Part shown: piece by piece, positions 1 to 9,260 of the stretch
How the letters are laid out: the number at the start of each line of letters is the position of its first letter
How positions within the stretch are numbered: position 1 is the stretch's first letter
Virus record (IMG/VR): IMGVR_UViG_2731639221_000001
Coordinates: 1 to 64,000 of that record
Length of the DNA stretch: 64,000 bases
Direction: 5' to 3' (one strand)
Origin: an uncultured virus (IMG/VR IMGVR_UViG_2731639221_000001)
Lineage: Duplodnaviria; Heunggongvirae; Uroviricota; Caudoviricetes
The notes under the pieces: generated by a model
Databases searched by the model: none
What the model saw: the letters and a program-made list of their open reading frames with translations, nothing else
Told to the model about the DNA's origin: nothing
Translations under genes and position numbers: made by a program

Positions 1-638
1 TTCGATGCGTTAAAAAATGCTCCGCCGTTTGCGCTCGAGGTGAACACTTGAAGTTCTATCTGTTTTGTTCCTGTGGGTATTGCAGCCGAATGGGCAATAT
101 GATTTGGACTTGCTGCCTGTACTCCTGTGGCTGCATTAATGACATAGTTACCAATATTAGTGAATGGAATCAAAACAAATCCATTAGAGCCGTATGAATA
201 TATTATGATTTGCCCTAACGCTCTTAAAGTTGTTGTAACGGCATTGCGAGCAGTTGTTTTGTCTGCATAGGCATAATTTCCGCTGGCTTGGGAAACATTG
301 TAGATAACCGTTTTATCTACTTTTCCCGAAATATCGACAATGGGAATTTTGCCATCTACTGTTCTTACGACTGTTCCTTCTGCTGTTGTCGTTTTTGCAT
401 ACGGAGTTAGATCGACCGAAGGTATTGTTCCATCAGGTGAATAAGCTACTTTGTAGCTATCAGCCGCTCTGATAATATCGGCTTTTTTAGCTAAAGCATC
501 AGAAACAGCTTTATTTGCAGGCGTAGTTGTAGTTTGCTGCGTAATTTGCTGAGTGATTACAGGCGTTGATCCTTCACCATAAATTATGACAGTTCCACCT
601 ATAGTTATTTCAATTACAGCATTAATTAAAGTTGCCAT
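1..638 (-). CDS. Tail fibre/receptor-binding-like protein, truncated by window edge
   Basis: Hand-translated from ATG 638 (MATLINAVIEITIGG...), open to position 1; Thr/Ala/Gly-rich; follows structural genes. Confidence 0.5.
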   Translation of the reverse strand, partial: MATLINAVIEITIGGTVIIYGEGSTPVITQQITQQTTTTPANKAVSDALAKKADIIRAADSYKVAYSPDGTIPSVDLTPYAKTTTAEGTVVRTVDGKIPIVDISGKVDKTVIYNVSQASGNYAYADKTTARNAVTTTLRALGQIIIYSYGSNGFVLIPFTNIGNYVINAATGVQAASPNHIAHSAAIPTGTKQIELQVFTSSANGGAFFNAS

Positions 639-1003
639 TAGCTTTCAATTTTAATCAAAGATTTTTTGAGGACTCCAAAAGTCGCTCTTTGTATTAAGTT
701 CCATTTTCCATCTGGAATAGAAGCTTCAGTTTCTGCAATATTAATTTCAATCTTCAATGCTCCGGGAGCCAATAAGCTGGTGATTGAGGAATCAAGTATA
801 GCTGAATATTCAGTGTTTGAGACTTTAGATAATTTTATATATCCTTCTTTTATAGTTTTTGAAAACATTGCTTTTTTACATCCATCAGTGTAGATGTAGA
901 CTATTATTTCAGCTACAGAATCAAGATCTAATAACTGACTTTTAGTGTTATCAGTCCAAACCTTGATCGAAAAACCGATATCTTCTCCTTGATATTTGTT
1001 CAT
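638..1003 (-). CDS. Hypothetical virion-associated protein
   Basis: 121-aa ORF, stop overlaps next ATG (TAATG). Confidence 0.45.
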   Translation of the reverse strand: MNKYQGEDIGFSIKVWTDNTKSQLLDLDSVAEIIVYIYTDGCKKAMFSKTIKEGYIKLSKVSNTEYSAILDSSITSLLAPGALKIEINIAETEASIPDGKWNLIQRATFGVLKKSLIKIES

Positions 1004-1018
1004 AAAAATGAAGATTAA

Positions 1019-1046
1019 AAAGAAAGGAGCCTTTGCTCCTTTCTTT
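1019..1046 (-). terminator. Intrinsic terminator after putative major tail gene
   Basis: AAAGAAAGGAGC-CTTT-GCTCCTTTCTTT perfect hairpin. Confidence 0.75.
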
Positions 1047-1061
1047 GGTTATTAGCGTTTA

Positions 1062-1673
1062 TTAAGGAGTTGAACCTTCTTCATCTATGCAATAGAATAC
1101 ATCTTTTACTTCTCCTAAATTATAGATTGGTACATTCTTTTTCGATCCTCGTTGATCCCATGTACATGTCACCGACCAAACTACAAAAGAATCAATATCC
1201 TCTTCTACTGCATCTTTAGCATCTACAGTAGATAAAGTTTCGTTTGCTACACGAAGTTCAGACTCAGTTCTCCATGCAAGCAGAAAGTTTTCTGCATTAT
1301 CTTCCAATGATTGATAAAAATCATCGTTTCCGGTGTGATTCGGATCATTGAAGACTGTTACATGAGTCTTGCTCGATTTCATTTCTTTTTTATCACCAAA
1401 TCCAGTAACCATATTGGGAGTACCTCCATCATAGGTACCTCTGGTTGTTGGTACGACTATAATTAACCCGGCTTGAATTTGAGTTTCCCACCATGTTTTG
1501 GATTCGACATTCTTTGTACCTGGAGTTCCGGATACAGCTTCAAGCAAATCCTTTAAAGATTTGTCAATAAAAGCCACGCTTCGAACTCTTCCATGTTCTG
1601 CATTCACACAAGGATCACACATGTATTCTGGAATACCACCGTCAGCTACACATTTTTTATATACTATTGTCAT
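1062..1673 (-). CDS. Putative major tail (tube) protein
   Basis: 203 aa, acidic, after head-tail genes and followed by a terminator; synteny only. Confidence 0.45.
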   Translation of the reverse strand: MTIVYKKCVADGGIPEYMCDPCVNAEHGRVRSVAFIDKSLKDLLEAVSGTPGTKNVESKTWWETQIQAGLIIVVPTTRGTYDGGTPNMVTGFGDKKEMKSSKTHVTVFNDPNHTGNDDFYQSLEDNAENFLLAWRTESELRVANETLSTVDAKDAVEEDIDSFVVWSVTCTWDQRGSKKNVPIYNLGEVKDVFYCIDEEGSTP

Positions 1674-1687
1674 AACCTATTGTATTA

Positions 1688-2251
1688 TTAGCATTTATTT
1701 TGTTCGCTTATTTCCACACATTCACGATTGAATGTATATTGGACTTTATATTTTATTGAAAACAAGAATAGTTCAGGAATAAGATTATAAACTACGTTCT
1801 TGAACTCATTGTTAAAAACACTGAATTGATCGAAATTAGACTGAACAAGAAGAGCCTCTTTAGGCAAAGAAGGAACTATTATCTGACTTTCGAAAGTTAG
1901 TGAGTCCATCTTCAACAGGTCACGAAACCCCCAGCATATAAGAATCATTTCATCAGTAGCGATGTCATAATTAGTATCTCCGTACCCTTTTTTTGTTTGA
2001 GAATAACTTCTATTTAGGATTCTGTGATATACACCAAAGGAATAATCATCATCAGCAAATACATACTTGCATTCTCCTTCATTGTCAACAATTGCAGGAT
2101 ATGCTATCTGATCTTCATCTTCATCTTCATCTAATGATCTAACAAGAATAGATAAAGCTAAACCATATAAAATAGGAACTTCAACATCACACAATTCACC
2201 GGACCTGTTACCGATGTTTGCATTAATTTTTGTTATAATATTCTCAATCAT
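1688..2251 (-). CDS. Putative head-tail joining/tail completion protein
   Basis: 187 aa, synteny. Confidence 0.35.
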   Translation of the reverse strand: MIENIITKINANIGNRSGELCDVEVPILYGLALSILVRSLDEDEDEDQIAYPAIVDNEGECKYVFADDDYSFGVYHRILNRSYSQTKKGYGDTNYDIATDEMILICWGFRDLLKMDSLTFESQIIVPSLPKEALLVQSNFDQFSVFNNEFKNVVYNLIPELFLFSIKYKVQYTFNRECVEISEQNKC

Positions 2252-2801
2252 TTAGTTTCTCTGTTATATATCGTTCCGAAATAGCTTTCATCACATCCAA
2301 TTCTGCAATTGCTAAACTCCAGATTGCCTTTTTATATCTTTTTTCATTCCAGATTGCCTTATTGTAATTGAGCTCGTTGGAATAGCCAATACCATATCCA
2401 TTTTCGGTTTCAAAAACCTGCATATACTGCTCCATCTGCCTAGTTAGCGATAGAATAACATTGTTATCTGTCGATCTATTGTAAGTTGGTCTTGGTTGTC
2501 CTTGATTGCGTCCCTTTGTGAAGACTCCAGCTTGACCTTGTTCCTTCCTTTCTCTGAATTGACCTTTGTTCTTCCCTTTGCTTACAACCGTTTCCGGATA
2601 ATTACCGGTTCTAACCTTCATATAGCCTTTAGAGTATGTACCAATAGGAGATCCATCGGAATCTTGACCATTAACATGTACTCTAATTCGCATCATAGGC
2701 ATAACGTTGGTCGCAATTTCTCTCAACATGACATCTTTATCGATTGAATTCAAATTAAGTATAATGGCATCTACTGAAAATGGTATAGATATATCAATCA
2801 T
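2244..2801 (-). CDS. Putative neck/virion morphogenesis protein
   Basis: 185 aa with a basic central segment, synteny. Confidence 0.35.
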   Translation of the reverse strand: MIDISIPFSVDAIILNLNSIDKDVMLREIATNVMPMMRIRVHVNGQDSDGSPIGTYSKGYMKVRTGNYPETVVSKGKNKGQFRERKEQGQAGVFTKGRNQGQPRPTYNRSTDNNVILSLTRQMEQYMQVFETENGYGIGYSNELNYNKAIWNEKRYKKAIWSLAIAELDVMKAISERYITEKLND

Positions 2802-3316
2802 GGTGTTGTTTCTTCAAAAGTTATAAATCTATTATGATCTGGAAGATTATCTTCGAAGCAATCAGAGTTCTTGATATCGATCCCAATAACCGCAACATGC
2901 AACTCAGAATAAAACTGTTCCTCAAACTCAATTCTCGATCTTTGAGCGGTTATCTTATCGATGGTGGTGTATTTGTTGATTCGGGAAGATGTGATCCTTT
3001 CAATCATCAATTCAGCCCCCATCAGATATTGAAGAGCTACTGCAAGAAGATCCTTATTCTCGCAAATAAGACATTCTGCTATATCTCTTTTACTTACTCT
3101 GAAGCATTTATTCAGCTCAATAATGAATTGCGTCCTTAAACGATTTATCGATCTGCTTTCAATGTCACTCATTACCTGAACATAGTCTTGTTGATCTTCA
3201 TCAGCAATTTTATTCACTGATGCAACATTTATGTTAGGAAGAGTATTAAGGTATAGACCTGAATCTGATACCTTAATACTACTGGACAAACCTATGTAAC
3301 CAATTAAACAATCCAC
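2798..3316 (-). CDS. Putative head-tail adaptor
   Basis: 172 aa directly after the capsid gene. Confidence 0.35.
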   Translation of the reverse strand: MDCLIGYIGLSSSIKVSDSGLYLNTLPNINVASVNKIADEDQQDYVQVMSDIESRSINRLRTQFIIELNKCFRVSKRDIAECLICENKDLLAVALQYLMGAELMIERITSSRINKYTTIDKITAQRSRIEFEEQFYSELHVAVIGIDIKNSDCFEDNLPDHNRFITFEETTP

Positions 3317-3328
3317 ATTAATGACTTT

Positions 3329-4465
3329 TTAAGTGATAGGCCATATAGAACCATCAGCAGGAGCTACAATAGTTCCGTTCTGAGCAGCACCTATATAATG
3401 GAATGATCCATTCACGCCCGACAGCCTGTCGGTGCTTTGGTACATGTCATCGGGAGCTGTGAATAGTCCATAACTTTTACTCAATATAAAGCCCCATCCT
3501 TCTTCTACGAGAAGATTGTCATCATCGTCATATACATTACAAGGATTGTTTACGAGTTGAGCGTCAAAAGTCATAGCAATAACACTACCATCGGATAGCA
3601 TTACCGGAAACGGTAATCTGAATTTGATGGATGAGCCTGTATCGTGGCTAAAACCGGGAGCGTACTTTTGAAAATCGACAAATCCAACTGAACCTTCAGC
3701 AAAAACGCCAAAATGATTATCACCCCAAGCAGATATCGAATTTAAATCTTCGTATGCCCTCCATGTTGTATTGCGTCCAAAGCCTTGCAAATCGGTTGAT
3801 ACTTTAAGCATTTGAGCCATGTTGTAATCTATAACAGATCCGTTACCGACAATCAGAGGCGTTCCAATCATTTCATTGAATTGAAAATCTCTAATCAACT
3901 TCATCACACCATCTCCGATAGTTATACCGTTTGAAAACGTTACAGATTGAGGTGCACTCGAAGAAGTCTTAGCATTTATACCCCATTTTGTGGATTGAGT
4001 TAAAAGAAGATTTTCATTGATCTTTTGAAACATGCCCTGCAATTTTGACAGCATGGTCTGATACATTGCGTTAGATACAGAGGCGGATGGGTCGCCAATA
4101 GATAGACCTTTACTAGCCTCTGTTTCCCAATCTCTCAGTTCTCTATCTTTTATAGAGATACCTATTTTAGAGAAGAAAGTCCTGTTGATGGTAGCTTCAC
4201 CCCATATAGGACTAAGAGGTGTTAGACAGTCATCCCTGTCGGTAACATCAGCTTTTGTACCTCTCTTCATGTAACGAAGTTTGACCTCGTGGTTATGCCC
4301 AGTTCCGGTGCGTTTTACCTCGTCAATTCTGGTTTTAATGTTGTTTTCGAGCAACATTTGTAAGAACCCAACAGGGGAAATCTTTGTTTGAGGATCATTA
4401 TCCCCTGCAATGATTCTTAGATTCTTCTTGTAAGATTCGGCTATTCCGATTAAATTAATTGCCAT
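3329..4465 (-). CDS. Putative major capsid protein
   Basis: 378 aa, Gly-rich, directly after a scaffold-like gene. Confidence 0.6.
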   Translation of the reverse strand: MAINLIGIAESYKKNLRIIAGDNDPQTKISPVGFLQMLLENNIKTRIDEVKRTGTGHNHEVKLRYMKRGTKADVTDRDDCLTPLSPIWGEATINRTFFSKIGISIKDRELRDWETEASKGLSIGDPSASVSNAMYQTMLSKLQGMFQKINENLLLTQSTKWGINAKTSSSAPQSVTFSNGITIGDGVMKLIRDFQFNEMIGTPLIVGNGSVIDYNMAQMLKVSTDLQGFGRNTTWRAYEDLNSISAWGDNHFGVFAEGSVGFVDFQKYAPGFSHDTGSSIKFRLPFPVMLSDGSVIAMTFDAQLVNNPCNVYDDDDNLLVEEGWGFILSKSYGLFTAPDDMYQSTDRLSGVNGSFHYIGAAQNGTIVAPADGSIWPIT

Positions 4466-4470
4466 AATTA

Positions 4471-5343
4471 TTAATTATCTTGACCGCCTATTGATTCAGT
4501 ATAAGCTTCATCAAATCGGGAGGTATTTACTTTAGCTCCTCCTGATGGTACTTGTACCAGAGAAGCAGGTGTATTCGGAGGTGTTCCGCTGTTGTTTACG
4601 GCTAACATCTTCTTAGATGCAAGAACCTGATCTGCAAAATCAGAAAAAGATATCTGCTTGTTATCATGATAATAATCAAGATCCGGAGAATTAGCTTGTT
4701 TTAACTTCAAGCTGTTTCCATCTTTCACAATAACAGCTCCTTTTTCTTTCAATGCATTCTCGATGAGGGTACGGGAAAAAGCGGTATTATCTTCAATCGT
4801 CCAATCCTTATTTGCATAAGGTTTCCCGGAAAGATGGTTCATGATAATAAAATCCTTGATCTCATTATCATGCTTTGATTGCAAATCTTTTACCGTTTGT
4901 TCGCTTTGCTGTTTTGCAGAAGCAAGTTGTTCATTTAGTTCTTTGATTTGCTTTTCAATTTCTGCTTTCTTTGTTTTGTTGTCCGGATCACCACTGGTTT
5001 TCAGCTTTTCAATTTGCTGTTTCAAGGCAGTTTTTACCAGTTGAATTTTATTGTATGAACTCTTTTCTGACTGAACAGAAGCAAGAGTTTCCTCATCCAA
5101 TTCCAAATCTTCTAATAGTTTTGCATCTACAGCATTTAGTATTGTCGCTGAAAAATGGTTTTTAAGACCAAAGTTGTTTTTGGCACTATCAAGTGACATT
5201 AAACCGTTATCCAGAGGTTTTGCAAAAGAATCATCGATTTCTTTATTCGCAATATCTGAATTAGACAAAATGGCAATAAGTGCCGGATCGTTTTGCAACC
5301 CTAATTTAGTTGCCTGGTTATTGAGAAAATCTCCTAGTTTCAT
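4471..5343 (-). CDS. Putative capsid scaffolding protein
   Basis: 290 aa, K/E/Q coiled coil with Pro/Gly-rich C-terminal linker, precedes capsid. Confidence 0.55.
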   Translation of the reverse strand: MKLGDFLNNQATKLGLQNDPALIAILSNSDIANKEIDDSFAKPLDNGLMSLDSAKNNFGLKNHFSATILNAVDAKLLEDLELDEETLASVQSEKSSYNKIQLVKTALKQQIEKLKTSGDPDNKTKKAEIEKQIKELNEQLASAKQQSEQTVKDLQSKHDNEIKDFIIMNHLSGKPYANKDWTIEDNTAFSRTLIENALKEKGAVIVKDGNSLKLKQANSPDLDYYHDNKQISFSDFADQVLASKKMLAVNNSGTPPNTPASLVQVPSGGAKVNTSRFDEAYTESIGGQDN

Positions 5344-5369
5344 AGTTTAATGAATTATATTATTAGTAA

Positions 5370-5942
5370 TTAAGCTTTCTTCTTAAGCTCTGATTGAAGC
5401 TTTTCAATTTCAGCTTTGTGAGTGTCCTTTAAATTTTCCAGAGCTAGCTTTGTATCAGCATGAGCTTGCTTCTCTTTCCCAAACTCAATGTTTAATGCTT
5501 CAAGAGCATTCTTAGTAGATGCGTGACCTTCTTGTTCTAACTTTAGCTTGTTGCCTGTATCAGCATGAGCTTGCTTCTCTTTCCCAAACTCAATGTTTAA
5601 TGCTTCAAGAGCATTCTTAGTAGATGCGTGACCTTCTTGTTCTAACTTTAGCTTGTTGCCTGTATCAGCATGAGCTTGCTTCTCGGTTAACAAATCGTTT
5701 TTTGTAGTGAGATGATCCTCTTTCTCTTTGTGTAAATCAACATTCACTTTTTCTGGTGTTGAAGGGATTGAATTGGCACTCGGAGCTATATCTCTCACTG
5801 ATGGGAAATACTCTTGAATTTCTTCTTTAGTAGGTTCACTTATCTTATACTTCTGAGATCTATAGAAAGCCTCATTTATTCCAAGAACTACAGATGATTT
5901 ACCTTTTTCGTCTGTAACTTTAATGTATTTACTTTTTGCCAT
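5370..5942 (-). CDS. Coiled-coil protein with 35-aa repeats
   Basis: Start moved to ATG 5942 (MAKSKY) because a promoter lies at 5972-5990. Confidence 0.6.
   Translation of the reverse strand: MAKSKYIKVTDEKGKSSVVLGINEAFYRSQKYKISEPTKEEIQEYFPSVRDIAPSANSIPSTPEKVNVDLHKEKEDHLTTKNDLLTEKQAHADTGNKLKLEQEGHASTKNALEALNIEFGKEKQAHADTGNKLKLEQEGHASTKNALEALNIEFGKEKQAHADTKLALENLKDTHKAEIEKLQSELKKKA
5451..5684. repeat. 105-bp in-frame tandem repeat, ~2.2 copies
   Basis: TGTATCAGCATGAGCTTGCTTCTC starts at 5451, 5556 and 5661. Confidence 0.95.
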
Positions 5943-5971
5943 AGCTGTAATTTGTTTATAAAAATTCATCA

Positions 5972-5990
5972 CAAATATAATCATTATGAT
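5972..5990 (-). promoter_or_regulatory. Putative late promoter A
   Basis: Minus strand ATCATAATGAT palindrome abutting TATATTTG; same layout at 10031 and 22275. Confidence 0.65.
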
Positions 5991-6031
5991 CATTATATAA
6001 TCTTTTAGGATTTATTATTTGCATTCATTAT

Positions 6032-6063
6032 TTTGTTTTCTCGTAAAAAGAGTTATATATTTG
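6032..6063 (+). promoter_or_regulatory. Consensus Bacteroidota primary-sigma promoter
   Basis: TTTG (6032-6035), 20 nt spacer, TATATTTG (6056-6063). Confidence 0.7.
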
Positions 6064-6066
6064 TAT

Positions 6067-6136
6067 CACAAAGTGGGTAAAGCTTATGCTCCCACATTGT
6101 GCCAGCCGTTATAGTCTCGTATTATAGCGGCTTTCT
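6067..6136 (+). ncRNA. Putative small RNA: acceptor-stem-like hairpin + CCA + terminator
   Basis: CACAAaGTGGG(6067-77) pairs with CCCACaTTGTG(6091-6101), CCA at 6102-6104, then hairpin AGCCGTTATA/TATAGCGGCT (6104-6132) and TTCT; no ORF. Confidence 0.55.
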
Positions 6137-6142
6137 CGTTGC

Positions 6143-7486
6143 CTAATACCTATAAACTTTCCCATCAACTATAAATACTATTTCTTTGAATTGATAATCC
6201 GATTGACCTTTAAACATGGCAAGTCCTTTACTTATACGCTCCATAGAGAATAATTCTTTATCAGGAAAATACAATATTACCGATTCTGCTTCTTGTGATT
6301 GAGCTTCTTGAAATTTGCGTTTTATCGTATTCTTTCCAGATCCTTCAACAGCTTTAATATCGGTTTTAACCCCGTTCAAATATCCATCGGAAAACTTTTT
6401 ACCGGGTTCTCCTTTTTCATTCTCTAAAATAATCACATCTCCATTCTTATATAATATATCTTGGACCTCTTTCTCATAATGTCCTTTTGTCGGATGGAAA
6501 GAATGATCTTTGTGCGTAGCTTTTACACCTCCATTATCATTGTGTTCTACATTTGTATAGTCCGGATTTTTCTTTAGTCTATCGAATTCATTCTTGTTAG
6601 CATATTTCCCGATATTATCCTCAAACCTCATTCTCAATTGAAGCGGAACTTGTTCTTTAGATATCGGGTATAATTGATGTCCGCAATTATACCCCCCTCT
6701 GTTTACCTGGAAATTATTTGCAGTGGTATCTTCGAACATCCCAAGAGGTAATCCATCTTTACCTAGCTTACATTGATGCCCATCGATTAAGCCGTTTACT
6801 ATATCCGGTATTTCCGATGTATGAACATATTTTTTATCAGTGAGGTGCTCGCAAAATTCCCTGGTAGTCGTTTTATTGGATCCTACATAAATAAACCATT
6901 CATAGTTTAAATCAGCAGTTATCAGTTTAGTGTGTTCTGCCGAAAAGATACTCAAAGCGTCAACAACAGGAGTTTGAACTTGCTTTTTTATAAGACTCTG
7001 CTTTTCATCTCCAACTATAAGCTTCTCCAGATTGAGTGTCAGGTCTTTGTAAGAACCTCCTGTTGTAACCGATGTCCGGATAACATCTCTTATCTTGCTT
7101 ACAACCGTTTCAGTATATCCTTTTCCGGTCAGAGTTTCCAGTGTATTATCAATGGCCGTATTTGTAACAACCTTCGATATTGGTTTTTTGCTATCAAACG
7201 ATTGATTCTGTAGATTTGCGACAATAGAAAATTGTCTTACATACTCTTTAACTGAAGATAGATACTCTTTGGACAGTAGAGCTTTAAACAACTGCGTTTT
7301 AATCTCATTCAGTTTTTTGAGATTGGCAATTGACGCTCTAATATTACCGGATGAATCGACATCTAAATCCTTAACTACTCCAAGTATTTTTTTATATACC
7401 TCTTGTTCGGTTTTGGATAATTGCCCTATAAAGTTATCCGGAGCATTAGATATTATCTTCAGTACCTTCTGAAGATCCTTCTCCAT
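6143..7486 (-). CDS. MuF-like minor capsid protein with C-terminal CdiA-like PD-(D/E)XK toxin (tRNase-type) domain
   Basis: Follows portal; MuF-type motifs TTREFC and RGGYNCGH; C-terminal ~155 aa with E...SDGYLNGVKTDIK. Confidence 0.75.
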   Translation of the reverse strand: MEKDLQKVLKIISNAPDNFIGQLSKTEQEVYKKILGVVKDLDVDSSGNIRASIANLKKLNEIKTQLFKALLSKEYLSSVKEYVRQFSIVANLQNQSFDSKKPISKVVTNTAIDNTLETLTGKGYTETVVSKIRDVIRTSVTTGGSYKDLTLNLEKLIVGDEKQSLIKKQVQTPVVDALSIFSAEHTKLITADLNYEWFIYVGSNKTTTREFCEHLTDKKYVHTSEIPDIVNGLIDGHQCKLGKDGLPLGMFEDTTANNFQVNRGGYNCGHQLYPISKEQVPLQLRMRFEDNIGKYANKNEFDRLKKNPDYTNVEHNDNGGVKATHKDHSFHPTKGHYEKEVQDILYKNGDVIILENEKGEPGKKFSDGYLNGVKTDIKAVEGSGKNTIKRKFQEAQSQEAESVILYFPDKELFSMERISKGLAMFKGQSDYQFKEIVFIVDGKVYRY

Positions 7487-9212
7487 TTAGCTCTACTTTA
7501 ATGGTGTTTTGGGGTGTGTTCTCAGCTATTATTGCTTGAGCATAGGTTTTAATAATTTCTCTTTTCTCTTTAAATGTTTTCCTTAAGAAATTATCATTTT
7601 CATTGATGGCTATATTTACCAACTGAACGATGTTACAACTAATAACGTAATCAACTTCTGTAATACCTCCATTTGAAAGCATTGTCATTTTTTCATCTTG
7701 TGAATTTCCATAGAAAGGATCCATATCGAATATACATTGTAATTCATCGGCTTTATCCGGATCTGCATTGTATCTCTTCCTGATGAATTCGACTTCCATA
7801 TTCTTTTTGACAACAGGATTAACCTGAGCTGTATTTGCCTCACGAATCTCACCCATCAAATAACTGGAGTTTAACAAATCAAATCTCTCTGGAACTGCAA
7901 TTCTTGGTAATAGATTCTGTCTGGCTTCTTTGTCAGTAATAATAACTGAATATCTAACATCACATATAAATCTATAAGCATTATCCAAAATCCTTACTAT
8001 ATCTTCTGCTATCGAACTTACAAACGTGTTAAGAGCATCTCTGTCAACCTCTTTTGCTACTCCCGATTGATTTAATGACACGTTAGATAGGAATTCCATA
8101 TTGATAGACGCCAAAGCCTTATACAGATGCTTATCGACTCTCTGATCCTGTAATTCTGCTATTTTTGTGTCTTTATAGATATAACCAATAGGAGGGGTTG
8201 GGGCTTGTGCTTCTCCTGCCTTTGCCATATCTACCAAGAAAACACCATAAGGAGAAACGTTAGTGATCCTTCCTGATCCGGTACATTTACTACATGTAGA
8301 TTTATTTTTCAGTTTACCGGCACCGTTACAATCGGGACAATCGGTATTTGTATAATAATACTTCTCAGAATGGATGTGCTGGACTATTTCGGCTTGGAGA
8401 TCGGAATACTCCCGAGCAGCTTCATCCAGTTCAGGTACCATATACTGAATACGGCTTTCATATATCGTATCATTATTAACTCTACATTTGTACTCACCGC
8501 CTGCCTTAAAAGCCGGTAGATATCCTAAATTGTGGTTATATTCCAAATCGAGTTCCAAGTCATATTTACCTGTGACTTGCTTGTATCTGAGTATCTGTTC
8601 CATGGTAATAATATAAATAATATCTCCTTGGTAAATCCTGTTATTACCGGCTCGATAGACATTTTTATCAGCACTTTTCAGTACTACATAGCCACCTTCT
8701 ACATAATCAAGAACCTGCTCCGATGAGAATACCTCAACAATAGGTTTAATATACTCATTCGATTGAGCAGGCATATTTTTTAGAACCAATGCAATGATAG
8801 AGTTAGCATCTATCAGATATCTTCTTAGGAGCTCTGAAAATGCCCAATTTGTCAAAGATGAAAAGCCTGGGTAATTCTCTTCACAATATCTCTCCAATGT
8901 TTCATCACCGGATATTTTTTTAGGAATATCATCATCATTATATGAGATATTCCAGTCTTGGGATCGTCTTATTTTTTGAAGTTCGGTTAGTACTTTGCCG
9001 ATTTCCTTTTTAGTTACCGACTTATATATCTTTTTCCTATATTCGAAAATAGCCTTAGATTCCGAAGGTCTTCGTTCGGCTATAAGTTTATCGGGAAATA
9101 AACCATCTGCGTGTATCTTTATCGCTTCAGCAAGCTCTACAGTTGCAGTATAATTAGGATGTCTGTAATTTATGGCATTTCTTACAAATTCGGGAGTTAT
9201 AATTGGAGGCAT
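7446..9212 (-). CDS. Putative portal protein with CxxCxGxG zinc-finger insertion
   Basis: 588 aa directly upstream of MuF; CPDCNGAG...CSKCTGSG. Confidence 0.65.
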   Translation of the reverse strand: MPPIITPEFVRNAINYRHPNYTATVELAEAIKIHADGLFPDKLIAERRPSESKAIFEYRKKIYKSVTKKEIGKVLTELQKIRRSQDWNISYNDDDIPKKISGDETLERYCEENYPGFSSLTNWAFSELLRRYLIDANSIIALVLKNMPAQSNEYIKPIVEVFSSEQVLDYVEGGYVVLKSADKNVYRAGNNRIYQGDIIYIITMEQILRYKQVTGKYDLELDLEYNHNLGYLPAFKAGGEYKCRVNNDTIYESRIQYMVPELDEAAREYSDLQAEIVQHIHSEKYYYTNTDCPDCNGAGKLKNKSTCSKCTGSGRITNVSPYGVFLVDMAKAGEAQAPTPPIGYIYKDTKIAELQDQRVDKHLYKALASINMEFLSNVSLNQSGVAKEVDRDALNTFVSSIAEDIVRILDNAYRFICDVRYSVIITDKEARQNLLPRIAVPERFDLLNSSYLMGEIREANTAQVNPVVKKNMEVEFIRKRYNADPDKADELQCIFDMDPFYGNSQDEKMTMLSNGGITEVDYVISCNIVQLVNIAINENDNFLRKTFKEKREIIKTYAQAIIAENTPQNTIKVELNGEGSSEGTEDNI

Positions 9213-9260
9213 ATAACATACATATTCATTGTTTTATGTTTTTGTATTGTCATTTGACCT

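Noticed and set aside
6067..6104. True tRNA gene
   Set aside because: Only 38 nt with no D arm, anticodon arm or TTC loop; kept only as a possible mimic
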